From Bacteroidia bacterium (GTDB lineage Bacteria > Bacteroidota > Bacteroidia > AKYH767-A > OLB10), in the NCBI GenBank assembly GCA_023262505.1, contig JALRAP010000001.1, forward strand, positions 64,343 through 128,342: 64,000 nt of DNA. Direction: 5' to 3'. Made by a program: the position numbers and the translations under genes. The notes under the pieces were generated by a model that saw nothing but the letters and a program-made list of their open reading frames with translations, had not been told where the DNA came from and did not search any database. Positions 1 to 9,176 of this stretch are shown here, one piece after another (the first letter of the stretch is position 1; every line of letters starts with the position of its first letter).

Positions 1-173
1 AAATGATAAAATCGATTGAAGCCTCTGGACTATTCAAAGTCGAGTATTTAGAGTTTGCTGATGCGGATTCCCTTCAGCCAGTGGCATCCATTTCCAAAGA
101 AAAAAAATCCAGGGTTTTCATCGCTGTAAAAGCCTCGACCACAAGGCTCATCGACAACGTGGAACTATTGTAA
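1..173 (+). CDS. panC: pantoate--beta-alanine ligase (pantothenate synthetase), C-terminal fragment; 5' end lies outside the window
   Basis: Frame 3 translates to ...[51 protein letters not shown], a typical PanC C-terminus, and panD follows immediately. Confidence 0.55.
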   Translation, partial: MIKSIEASGLFKVEYLEFADADSLQPVASISKEKKSRVFIAVKASTTRLIDNVELL

Positions 174-207
174 TCGGTACGCCAAAACCAATTTAAACCA
201 TAACTTT

Positions 208-561
208 GTGCCGATGGAAATCCAAATTCTAAAATCAAAAATTCATCGCGCCAAGGTTACCCAGGCCGAGCTGCATTACGTAGGCAGCATCACGTTGGAC
301 GAGGCCCTCATGGAAGCTGCCAATTTGATCGAGAACGAAATGGTGCATGTTTTAAATATCAACAACGGTGAACGTTTCGAAACTTACGTGATACGCGGAG
401 AACGAAACAGCGGAACGGTTTGCCTGAACGGACCTGCCGCTAGAAGGGTTCAGGTTGGGGACATCATTATTGTTGTATCATACGCTACTATGGACTTTGA
501 AAAGGCGAAATCCTTCAAGCCAGCCTTGGCCTTTCCGGACGACAACAACCGTGTGATCTAA
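208..561 (+). CDS. panD: aspartate 1-decarboxylase
   Basis: 117 aa; N-terminus [31 protein letters not shown] matches the PanD pro-enzyme with its Gly-Ser cleavage site; right length. Confidence 0.9.
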   Translation: MPMEIQILKSKIHRAKVTQAELHYVGSITLDEALMEAANLIENEMVHVLNINNGERFETYVIRGERNSGTVCLNGPAARRVQVGDIIIVVSYATMDFEKAKSFKPALAFPDDNNRVI

Positions 562-571
562 AATCAGCTCG

Positions 572-1564
572 TTGAAAAACCTAAAATCCATCGTCAAATA
601 CCTGCTTTTTTTGGCAATAGGAATTGGATTGTTGTGGTTGGCATTTAGAAACGAAAACATTGGTGATGTAATGCATAGGATGCGTGTGGCCAACCCTTTT
701 TGGCTATCGCTCTCCATTTTGATTTCATTAGTGGCTCTCGTAAGCAGAGCCATTCGCTGGAAAATATTAATCGAACCATTAGGCCACTCTCCTCGCACTT
801 CAAACACCTTATACGCATTACTAGTAGGATACCTTGCAAACCTAGCCATTCCACGCATTGGTGAGATAACTCGTTGTGCCTCCCTGAACAAGTCCGAAAA
901 AGTGCCTTTTACCGGCTTGGTTGGCACCGTGATTGTGGAGCGCGCAATTGATGTGATGATGCTTTTCATATGCATGTTGATTGTGGCGATTTTCGAATTC
1001 CAGACCCTGTACACTTTTCTTGACCAAAACCTGATTCACCCAATTTCTTTGAAAGTAGGAGACAATTTCGTTTTGCTGGCGATTGCAGCTTGCTTTGCAT
1101 TGCTCACCTCTTCACTTGGATTGATTTGGTTCGTACGAAACAAGGAAAGCCGTTTACGAAACAAGATTTCTCAGATTATACGTTCGGTTGTTGAAGGACT
1201 TGGAACTGTATTGAAAATGAAAAACAACGGCTGGTTCGTATTTCATACGTTGCTTATTTGGTTTTGCTATTTCCTGATGACCTATGTTTGTTTCTTTTGT
1301 TTGGAGGCGACCAGTCAACTAGATGCTATGACCGGATTGTTTATCACTGTAGTAGGCGGCTTGGGAATGTCAGCCCCCGTTCAAGGTGGTATAGGAGCCT
1401 TCCACTACGTCGTGTCCCAGGGTTTGCAGATTTTTGGAGTCACATCAACAGACGGTATCGCGTACGCCACCTTGGTGCACACATCCCAAACGCTTTTGAT
1501 TATGATTTTGGGTGCTGGAGCATTTTTCATGCTTATGCGAAATGAAAAAACAAACAACCTTTGA
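572..1564 (+). CDS. flippase-like / lysylphosphatidylglycerol-synthase TM-domain family membrane protein
   Basis: 330 aa multi-pass membrane protein; the N-terminal region (KYLLFLAIGIGLLWLAF..LSLSILISLVALVSRAIRWKIL) resembles the TIGR00374/UPF0104 family. Confidence 0.55.
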   Translation: MKNLKSIVKYLLFLAIGIGLLWLAFRNENIGDVMHRMRVANPFWLSLSILISLVALVSRAIRWKILIEPLGHSPRTSNTLYALLVGYLANLAIPRIGEITRCASLNKSEKVPFTGLVGTVIVERAIDVMMLFICMLIVAIFEFQTLYTFLDQNLIHPISLKVGDNFVLLAIAACFALLTSSLGLIWFVRNKESRLRNKISQIIRSVVEGLGTVLKMKNNGWFVFHTLLIWFCYFLMTYVCFFCLEATSQLDAMTGLFITVVGGLGMSAPVQGGIGAFHYVVSQGLQIFGVTSTDGIAYATLVHTSQTLLIMILGAGAFFMLMRNEKTNNL

Positions 1565-1565
1565 G

Positions 1566-2066
1566 ATGAACCATGTTGAAATCGTAAAAAGCAAGATTCA
1601 AGATTGGCCTACGATGGCTGAAACCGTTTCAAAGTGGCGGGAAGACGGCCAAAAAATAGTATTTACAAACGGCTGTTTCGACATACTCCATTTAGGTCAC
1701 GCGGATTATCTCGCCAAGGCTTCAGATTTGGGAACCAAGTTGGTAGTAGGATTGAATTCTGATCTGTCTGTTTCCCGATTGAAGGGACCGAGCAGACCCA
1801 TTACGGATCAAAAATCCAGAGGATTCTTATTAGCCAGCATGTCGTTTGTGGATGCGGTGGTTTTGTTTGAAGAAGATACCCCGGAAAAATTAATCGAATT
1901 GGTTTGCCCGGATGTATTGGTGAAAGGTGGCGACTATGTAATTTCTGAAATAGTAGGTCACGATTTTGTCGCCTCTAGTGGAGGCAAAGTGGTTACGATT
2001 CCCATAATAGAAGGCTATTCTACCACCGAGATCGAAAATAGAATCCTGAACAGCGGCAATAAATGA
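1566..2066 (+). CDS. cytidylyltransferase-family protein, D-glycero-beta-D-manno-heptose 1-phosphate adenylyltransferase (RfaE domain II)-like
   Basis: The ORF track starts at 1512, but the internal Met (MNHVEIV) gives a ~166 aa product; FTNGCFDILHLGHADYL is the HxGH nucleotidyltransferase motif. Confidence 0.65.
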   Translation: MNHVEIVKSKIQDWPTMAETVSKWREDGQKIVFTNGCFDILHLGHADYLAKASDLGTKLVVGLNSDLSVSRLKGPSRPITDQKSRGFLLASMSFVDAVVLFEEDTPEKLIELVCPDVLVKGGDYVISEIVGHDFVASSGGKVVTIPIIEGYSTTEIENRILNSGNK

Positions 2067-2112
2067 CCCCTGACCAACCGTTTAATATCCGTTTAGTATT
2101 AAATTTGTAACA

Positions 2113-2691
2113 ATGACCACCAAAAAGATCTTCTTTATACCCACTTGTGTGCTGTTTTTGGGAGCACTGTTGTTGTCCAGTGGATGCGAGGATAACATGT
2201 TTTTGCGTTCATCCAAAAAAATGAAAGAAGAGCTTCAGGGGACATGGAAGCGAAACCATTTGGGGATCGTCCCATACTTTGGCTGTAATACTGGAAGTGG
2301 TAACATTGAAAAATATTACTTCCAAGAGTATTGGATTTTCAAGGGCGACCGACTTTATACCGTCTATAACTTTTCCGCTGCGCCTACTTGCGGATCCGCT
2401 TATCCAGATGTTGGCACAAAGGACTTTTCAATTGACACCGTTGGCAACATATATTCCCACACCGACAAGGTCGACACCAATATTGTTGCGAGTTTCGGAG
2501 TTGATGCCAACGTATTCAAGGCATTTCTTAATCTTGATTTCATTTCCGGGAACAATGATACCATCGTCTCCGACAACAACCTTGTACCAAAATGGGAGTT
2601 TGTGGAATTAGAAGACGGCAGATTGTACATTGCGGCAGACAATGAAAGCGGGACCTCGGTTCTGCAGAAGGAATTTTACAAAGTACAATAG
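2113..2691 (+). CDS. hypothetical lipoprotein
   Basis: Signal peptide with lipobox (LLLSSGC); no recognisable domain. Confidence 0.45.
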   Translation: MTTKKIFFIPTCVLFLGALLLSSGCEDNMFLRSSKKMKEELQGTWKRNHLGIVPYFGCNTGSGNIEKYYFQEYWIFKGDRLYTVYNFSAAPTCGSAYPDVGTKDFSIDTVGNIYSHTDKVDTNIVASFGVDANVFKAFLNLDFISGNNDTIVSDNNLVPKWEFVELEDGRLYIAADNESGTSVLQKEFYKVQ

Positions 2692-2697
2692 TATTTC

Positions 2698-4083
2698 ATG
2701 GCCAAAACCAAGTCGGCTTTTTTCTGCCAGAACTGTGGAGCTTCCGCTCCAAAATGGATAGGCAAGTGTGCCAATTGCGGTGAATGGAACACCTATGTTG
2801 AAGAGGTAATCCAACAAGGGCCATCGCAAATACCCGCATGGCGCGCCTCAGCATCCCGAGAAGATGGCGGCAGACAAGCAATACCTCAATTGCTGGGTGA
2901 AATAGAGCCCGACAAATTGACTCGAATCAATCTTCCGGGAAAAGAGTTGAACAGGGTGTTGGGTGGCGGACTTGTACCCGGTGCATTGGTTTTGGTTGGT
3001 GGTGAACCAGGAATAGGTAAATCCACACTCATGCTGCAAATAGCCATGCGCTCCAAGGGCATGAAAGTGCTTTACGTATCCGGCGAAGAAAGCGAACAAC
3101 AGATCAGCATTCGAGCCTCGCGCATTGGATCATCCAATACCGAGTGCTATATTCTGACCGAGACCAATACCCAATCTATTTTCAAACATATTCAATCGCT
3201 GAAACCTCAGCTTGTAATAATTGATTCCATTCAGACGCTATTCTCCTCCGATATCGAATCAGCGCCGGGAACCGTATCACAAATCCGTGGCTGCGCTGGC
3301 GACCTTTTGAAGTTCGCCAAAGAAACGTCCACACCTGTTTTCCTTATCGGGCACATCACAAAAGACGGAACCATTGCAGGACCCAAGGTTTTGGAGCACA
3401 TGGTAGATACGGTTTTACAATTCGAAGGAGATCGCCATCATGTGTACCGCGTATTGCGTTCCACCAAGAACCGTTTTGGCTCGACTGCTGAAATCGGAAT
3501 TTATGAAATGGCCTCATCAGGTTTGTCAGAAGTACAGAACCCTAGCGAAGTTCTTCTCTCACACATTGATGAGCAATTGAGCGGCATCGCCATTGCGAGC
3601 ACTATGGAGGGACTACGACCTTTGCTTATCGAGGTCCAAGCCCTAGTCAGCTCCGCTGTGTACGGAACACCTCAAAGATCCTCTACCGGTTTCGATTTAC
3701 GCCGACTCAATATGCTATTGGCTGTTTTGGAAAAAAGATGCGGATTCCGCTTGGCTGCAAAAGACGTTTTCTTGAACATAGCCGGAGGTATCAAAGTAGA
3801 GGATCCTGCAACCGACTTGGCTGTGATTTGCTCAGTGCTGAGTTCAAGCGAAGACGTTGCATTGCCCGCTCGTGTTTGCTTTGCAGGTGAAGTGGGTTTG
3901 AGTGGTGAAATCCGACCTGTAAATCGCATCGACCAAAGAATCCGCGAAGCGGAAAAAATGGGATTTGAAAAAATTTACTTTTCCAAGTATAACATGAAAG
4001 GCTTGGAGAAGGAAGCCAAAGGGAAAATACAACTGGTGCCCGTAAGCAAAGTCGACGAGGTGTTCTCATCGCTTTTCGGATGA
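2698..4083 (+). CDS. radA: DNA repair protein RadA (Sms)
   Basis: N-terminal zinc ribbon CQNCGASAPKWIGKCANCGEW, Walker A GEPGIGKST, and a Lon-like C-terminal domain. Confidence 0.9.
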   Translation: MAKTKSAFFCQNCGASAPKWIGKCANCGEWNTYVEEVIQQGPSQIPAWRASASREDGGRQAIPQLLGEIEPDKLTRINLPGKELNRVLGGGLVPGALVLVGGEPGIGKSTLMLQIAMRSKGMKVLYVSGEESEQQISIRASRIGSSNTECYILTETNTQSIFKHIQSLKPQLVIIDSIQTLFSSDIESAPGTVSQIRGCAGDLLKFAKETSTPVFLIGHITKDGTIAGPKVLEHMVDTVLQFEGDRHHVYRVLRSTKNRFGSTAEIGIYEMASSGLSEVQNPSEVLLSHIDEQLSGIAIASTMEGLRPLLIEVQALVSSAVYGTPQRSSTGFDLRRLNMLLAVLEKRCGFRLAAKDVFLNIAGGIKVEDPATDLAVICSVLSSSEDVALPARVCFAGEVGLSGEIRPVNRIDQRIREAEKMGFEKIYFSKYNMKGLEKEAKGKIQLVPVSKVDEVFSSLFG

Positions 4084-4097
4084 CCTGTACTTAATCC

Positions 4098-6539
4098 TTA
4101 ACCTTCCAAATCCATATCATCCCTTGAGCGGTCGCGCATACGCTGCTGGTCACGATCACGCAATTCGCCAAAGCGATAGGTAAAGGAGAACGTAACAAAA
4201 CGACTTTGGCGCTTGCGGGTGAAATCCTGGGAGTATGTCACATCCTCGAACTCAAAACCGAAACGCTGGGTATTGAATGGGTCGGAAACCCGAACTGAGA
4301 AAACTCCTTTTTCTTTCAACACTTTTCTGCTTGCCGCGATGGTCAACATTTGCATGTCCTTCATTGTACCTTGCGTGACTTTCATTCTTGGACGATAGAA
4401 ATATGTTACTTGCAGGTCTGTGTTCTTGAATGGCTTGAATGTGGTGAAGACACGACCAGAAGCCGTCCAAGAATCGGATGATAAATCCTCTTGAAGGTTC
4501 TTAGCGCTTAACATATTGTAATAAATGTTTGTGCTCAGGGTTATGTTCCACCACTTGAAAGGAGAGCCATTCAGAATGAATTCGCCGCCATAGTTGCGGG
4601 CATAGGCCAAATTCTCCCAGGTAACAACTGTAATCTGCAGACTATCATTTGTAACTCGACGATATCTTTGGATATTATCTTTGGTCAACCTCGCATACAA
4701 AGTAGATGTCAAAGAAAACTTCCCAATGTATCGCATATTCTCGATCTCATAGCTGTCGGAATACTCTGGATCCAAGTCGGGGTTACCGATTCGGACGTTT
4801 CTTGGGTCATCGTAATTCGGAAAAGGATTTAGCGCGTTTCGACGAGGCCTGTTGATACGGCGGCTGTAAGTAGCCTTCCAAGAGTTTTTCTGACTTGGCT
4901 TATACGTAACGAAGGCGCTCGGATAAACTGAAAAATAATCCTTATTGAAAATTGAATCGGTAGTGATCAAATTGGCCTCGGTGGTAGCGTATTCGCTGCG
5001 CAAACCCACTTGGTACCCGAACTTGCCTAAAGACTGTCGGTATTGTGCGTATGCAGCGTGCAGCACATCCGAAAAAACAAATCGGTTGGTTCTGTTGGTA
5101 TCGCTCGCATAGGCTCCATTGGAAAATTCTTCGAATAACAAATCCGTATCGAATTCCCTAACAGTGGATTTAAGTCCCGTTTCTATTTTCTTATTGTCAC
5201 TTATAGGATGCTCATAATCGGCTGAGATGGTATAGTTGGTATTGTTATTAACAGTACGATCGCGTTCCAAGTTAAACGAAGTGCCAGGCACGTTTTCACT
5301 CAGATATTCGCCATCGGAATAATCATTTTCGGGTTGGTTTAAATCATAGGAAGCCGTAGCGGTAACATTCAGCAACTGACCTTTTTTCTTGAAGAAATGC
5401 TTCCAGACAAAATCGGCATCCAAGTTACGGTTGGTTCCTGAGCCGATGGTGATTCTCCTTGAAAGGCTATCTCCAACAACGCCTAGTTCATAGAACCTGT
5501 ACAGAATGTTGTTATCGTCTTCTGAACGTCCTATGTTAAGCATGGAACTGGTGGAAATGGTGTTTCGATCGTTGGCATTCCAATCCACGCCAAACTTGAC
5601 ATTGTGAGAGGTCTTGGAGTTGTTCCCGTTTTCATTTTGGGAAATCACATCAATAGTGTCTGGTCTGAAATATGTCTCACGATATGAGTTGCCTTCGCTA
5701 AAAGTCTTATCACGAGTAAACCCGTAATTGGTGTAAACATTCCATTTGCCTTTACGCAAACTCAATGACCCAGTAAATCCGTACCTGCCACCAAAGGAAG
5801 TATTAGCACCAACACTTCCTGTAAATCCTTGAAGACGGTTCTTCTTGGTCACAATGTTGATTATACCGGATATTCCGTCGGGGTCGTATTTAGCAGAAGG
5901 ATTGGTGATTACTTCCACGCTTTCGATAGCCGATGCTGGAAGGGATTCCAAAAGTGATTTACCCCCGGAACCGGTCAGCCCTGATGGACGACCGTCGATC
6001 AGGATAGTTACATTCTCATTACCCCGAAGGCTAACGGTTCCCTCTTGATCGATTTCAACACTGGGGATATTCTCGAGAACGTTCTTGACGTTTCCTCCTG
6101 CAGTAACAGCAAGCTGGTCGGTATTATAGGTTCTCTTGTCGATGTTACTCATCATAAAAGCCTTGTCGGCGGTAATCTCTGCACCTTGAAGCGTTGTGGC
6201 GGAAACTTTCAGCTTGATGGTTCCCAAATCTGTTACAGGGGCAGCTTCTCCAGGTCGCATGCCAATCCTTTGGCTATACTTTTCATAGCCGATAAAAGCG
6301 ACTTCAACCATGTAACCGCCCGGACCGATATTGTCTATTCGAAACTCCCCTGTGGCAGAGGTGATAGCACCAGAAACGAGGGAAGAATCCCGCATCTTTT
6401 TAACGGAAACCGTGGTGAACTCCAATGGTGCAGATGTGGCGGCGTCCACCACCTTGCCTTTTATGGAAAAAGCCGGCTGCTGGGCCTCGGCAAAAAAGGA
6501 TATCAGCAATAAACAGGTAAGAAGATATGTTATCCGCAT
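4098..6539 (-). CDS. TonB-dependent outer-membrane receptor with N-terminal carboxypeptidase-regulatory-like domain
   Basis: 813 aa with signal peptide; the FSIKGKVVDAATSAPLEFTTVSV CarbopepD_reg-like fold is followed by a plug and a beta-barrel. The C-terminal segment (FTYRFGELRDRDQQ...) is charged and atypical. Convergent with radA across a 14-bp gap. Confidence 0.65.
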   Translation of the reverse strand: MRITYLLTCLLLISFFAEAQQPAFSIKGKVVDAATSAPLEFTTVSVKKMRDSSLVSGAITSATGEFRIDNIGPGGYMVEVAFIGYEKYSQRIGMRPGEAAPVTDLGTIKLKVSATTLQGAEITADKAFMMSNIDKRTYNTDQLAVTAGGNVKNVLENIPSVEIDQEGTVSLRGNENVTILIDGRPSGLTGSGGKSLLESLPASAIESVEVITNPSAKYDPDGISGIINIVTKKNRLQGFTGSVGANTSFGGRYGFTGSLSLRKGKWNVYTNYGFTRDKTFSEGNSYRETYFRPDTIDVISQNENGNNSKTSHNVKFGVDWNANDRNTISTSSMLNIGRSEDDNNILYRFYELGVVGDSLSRRITIGSGTNRNLDADFVWKHFFKKKGQLLNVTATASYDLNQPENDYSDGEYLSENVPGTSFNLERDRTVNNNTNYTISADYEHPISDNKKIETGLKSTVREFDTDLLFEEFSNGAYASDTNRTNRFVFSDVLHAAYAQYRQSLGKFGYQVGLRSEYATTEANLITTDSIFNKDYFSVYPSAFVTYKPSQKNSWKATYSRRINRPRRNALNPFPNYDDPRNVRIGNPDLDPEYSDSYEIENMRYIGKFSLTSTLYARLTKDNIQRYRRVTNDSLQITVVTWENLAYARNYGGEFILNGSPFKWWNITLSTNIYYNMLSAKNLQEDLSSDSWTASGRVFTTFKPFKNTDLQVTYFYRPRMKVTQGTMKDMQMLTIAASRKVLKEKGVFSVRVSDPFNTQRFGFEFEDVTYSQDFTRKRQSRFVTFSFTYRFGELRDRDQQRMRDRSRDDMDLEG

Positions 6540-6664
6540 ATTATGAAAATAGACTGCAAAGGTATCAAAAGCCTTTTAGGATGTTATTGAATGTTCGAGG
6601 TTTAACATAATTGGCGCTTTATTGTTTTTTATATTTGAGCAATTGCGAGAAGCAAAAAAGATTT

Positions 6665-7819
6665 ATGAGCGACACAGATCAAAAAACGACAGATAATTCA
6701 ATATCCATGGCCAATGAAAAGCCTAAACTTTTCACCATAGGCATAGAGGAAGAGTTTCAAGTTATCGATCCGTTGACACGGGACTTAAGGTCTCATATGC
6801 ATCAGATTGTTGACGGGGGAAAAACGGTACTTCACGAGCAAGTAAAGGCTGAAATGCATCAATCTGTTGTAGAAGTGGGAACCAACGTTTGCAACAATGT
6901 AACCGAAGCCCGAAAGGAAGTGGTTTATTTGCGTCGTATGGTTGCTGAATTGGCCGCGAAGCAAGGTCTTCGTATCGCAGCCGCTGGTACACATCCTTTT
7001 TCTCGCTGGCAGGAGCAACCCATTACCGACAATCCGCGTTACCACGAGATCGTGAACGAGATGCAAGATGCCGCCAGATCAAACCTGATTTTCGGATTGC
7101 ATGTGCACATAGGCATCGCCACCAGGCAACAAGGCATCGCATTGATGAACTCGGCACGCTATTTCCTACCTCACATATTCGCGCTTTCCACCAATTCCCC
7201 TTTCTGGCAGGGCAGGAATACGGGCTTCAAATCATATCGTGTAAAGGTTTTCGACAAGTTTCCCCGGACCGGTATTCCCGATTATTTTTCGAGTGCTGGC
7301 GAGTATGACCGTTACATCAATCTGTTGATAAAGACGAATTGCATCGATAATGCGCGAAAGGTTTGGTATGACTTGCGACTTCATCCCACCTACAACACCT
7401 TGGAGTTCCGAATCTGCGATGTGCCCATGTTGGTGGATGAGACCATAGCCCTGACCGCTTTGATGCAAGCCCTGGTTGCCAAGCTCGTAAAATTGATGGA
7501 ACAAAACTTGGATTTCCGTCAATACAGCAGGGCGCTTATCAATGAAAACAAGTGGCGCGCAGCCCGATATGGAATTGATGGTAAGCTGATTGATTTCGGA
7601 AAAGAGAAGGAAGTCCCCGTGCCTGATTTAGCGGAAGAACTGCTTGCCTTTGTAGATGATGTAGTTGATGAATTAGGAAGCCGAAACGAAATAAACTACA
7701 TCCGCCAGATTCTAAAGAACGGCACAGGTGCCGATCGGCAATTGGAAACTTATCGCAAAACAGGCGATTTCAAGCAAGTGGTAGACCGTATAATCGAGGA
7801 AACAAATTCTGGTATTTGA
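6665..7819 (+). CDS. carboxylate-amine ligase, YbdK type (glutamate-cysteine ligase family 2)
   Basis: FTIGIEEEFQVIDPLTRDL and the overall GCS2 pattern; the ORF track begins at 6611 but the in-frame ATG at 6665 is the likelier start. Confidence 0.75.
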   Translation: MSDTDQKTTDNSISMANEKPKLFTIGIEEEFQVIDPLTRDLRSHMHQIVDGGKTVLHEQVKAEMHQSVVEVGTNVCNNVTEARKEVVYLRRMVAELAAKQGLRIAAAGTHPFSRWQEQPITDNPRYHEIVNEMQDAARSNLIFGLHVHIGIATRQQGIALMNSARYFLPHIFALSTNSPFWQGRNTGFKSYRVKVFDKFPRTGIPDYFSSAGEYDRYINLLIKTNCIDNARKVWYDLRLHPTYNTLEFRICDVPMLVDETIALTALMQALVAKLVKLMEQNLDFRQYSRALINENKWRAARYGIDGKLIDFGKEKEVPVPDLAEELLAFVDDVVDELGSRNEINYIRQILKNGTGADRQLETYRKTGDFKQVVDRIIEETNSGI

Positions 7820-7930
7820 TCCTGTTATTGAGTCTTTATTTTCCTGAATTTTTCGCCACATCATCATATGCATTTGATTTTCAATACATAAAAAATATTT
7901 TTATCTTTATTTAGATTAATTCTAATGTAG

Positions 7931-8797
7931 GTGTTAGTTTCGCGGCAAAACCAATTAACCATGACCTGCCGCATCATCTTGGCCATTATTGGCCTTTCTT
8001 TCACTGCTCAAATCGGTTTAGCCCAGGATAGGATATTCACTTACACATACCAGTCGAACACCTTGGCCCCTGGCCAGAAGGAGTTGGAAATATGGACAAC
8101 TGTCAGAAGCGGACGTGAGGGTTATTATCGCTCACTCGACAACCGGTTTGAATTCGAGGTGGGGATTGCTAAAAACCTGCAAACCGCTTTTTATCTGAAC
8201 TCCTTTCAAACGGCTCAGGAGGTTAGATTTTTGGATAATCTGTCGAATGAAGCCATCAGCATAGAGCAATCCATTGGTTGGAGCTTCAGTAATGAGTGGA
8301 AACTGAAATTATCTGACCCTGTCGGCAATGTTATTGGCTCTGCATTGTACGGTGAATTCACGCTTGCTCCAACTGAGACAGAGCTTGAGTTCAAGTTGAT
8401 CTTAGACAAGAAAACAGGTCGCTTCTTCCATGCTTTGAATCTGGAAACCGAGCTTGAATTTGAAACTGAAATTGAAGCAGAAGACGGTATGCAGGAAGTT
8501 GAAACAGAAGAAAAGACAAAATTCAAGCTCGTTTATGGCTTAGCTCGAAACTTAGGCCAACATTGGCACGTGGGTTTGGAGAGCTTTCTGAAAGCCGGTC
8601 AGGCCAAGGATCCAATGGACTACATGGTTCTCTTTGCAGGACCTGGATTCTCCTACTCTAAGGGTTCCTTTTGGTTGAACCTTACCGTAATGCCGCAGGT
8701 TGCAGGCCTCCTGCACCCCACTGAAGGCGCAAGTGGATTGTATCTCGACAAGGAGGAGAAACTTCAAACAAGATTAATGTTCTCTTACGTTTTTTGA
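7931..8797 (+). CDS. hypothetical outer-membrane beta-barrel protein
   Basis: Signal peptide (CRIILAIIGLSFTAQIGLAQD), alternating amphipathic strands, and an aromatic C-terminal residue (..MFSYVF) typical of OM beta-barrels. Alternative start at Met11 (7961). Confidence 0.45.
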   Translation: MLVSRQNQLTMTCRIILAIIGLSFTAQIGLAQDRIFTYTYQSNTLAPGQKELEIWTTVRSGREGYYRSLDNRFEFEVGIAKNLQTAFYLNSFQTAQEVRFLDNLSNEAISIEQSIGWSFSNEWKLKLSDPVGNVIGSALYGEFTLAPTETELEFKLILDKKTGRFFHALNLETELEFETEIEAEDGMQEVETEEKTKFKLVYGLARNLGQHWHVGLESFLKAGQAKDPMDYMVLFAGPGFSYSKGSFWLNLTVMPQVAGLLHPTEGASGLYLDKEEKLQTRLMFSYVF

Positions 8798-9099
8798 TGA
8801 TGCTTAGAATCATAATCTTGATTTCAGCAATTTTTGTAGCCAGTTGTTCTTCGGCACTTTACAAGCCTATACCCGAAAACTATTCCTCGGCCGAGGAATA
8901 TCAAATGATGGCTGACGGCCGAAAAGCCTACGTGACGAAATGTAGCGGTTGCCACTTGTTGTATTTGCCCCATCAATACGACGAAAAAACATGGCGTCAC
9001 AACATGGACGAGATGCAGGAGAGGTCGAATGTATCAGACAAGGAAAAGGAGTTGATCCTAACATATATCCTTTCGGCCCCAATAGCATCAAAGCCTTGA
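8794..9099 (+). CDS. small c-type-cytochrome-like lipoprotein (single CXXCH motif)
   Basis: Lipobox FVASC followed by CSGCHLLY heme-c attachment-like motif; the start overlaps the stop of the upstream gene (ATGA). Confidence 0.5.
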   Translation: MMMLRIIILISAIFVASCSSALYKPIPENYSSAEEYQMMADGRKAYVTKCSGCHLLYLPHQYDEKTWRHNMDEMQERSNVSDKEKELILTYILSAPIASKP

Positions 9100-9176
9100 C
9101 CTACTGAAGGGCTTTCATTAATATTGTTGGCTGTAAATATCAATGATTTCCCAATAAAGGGAAGTCGACACAGCCT

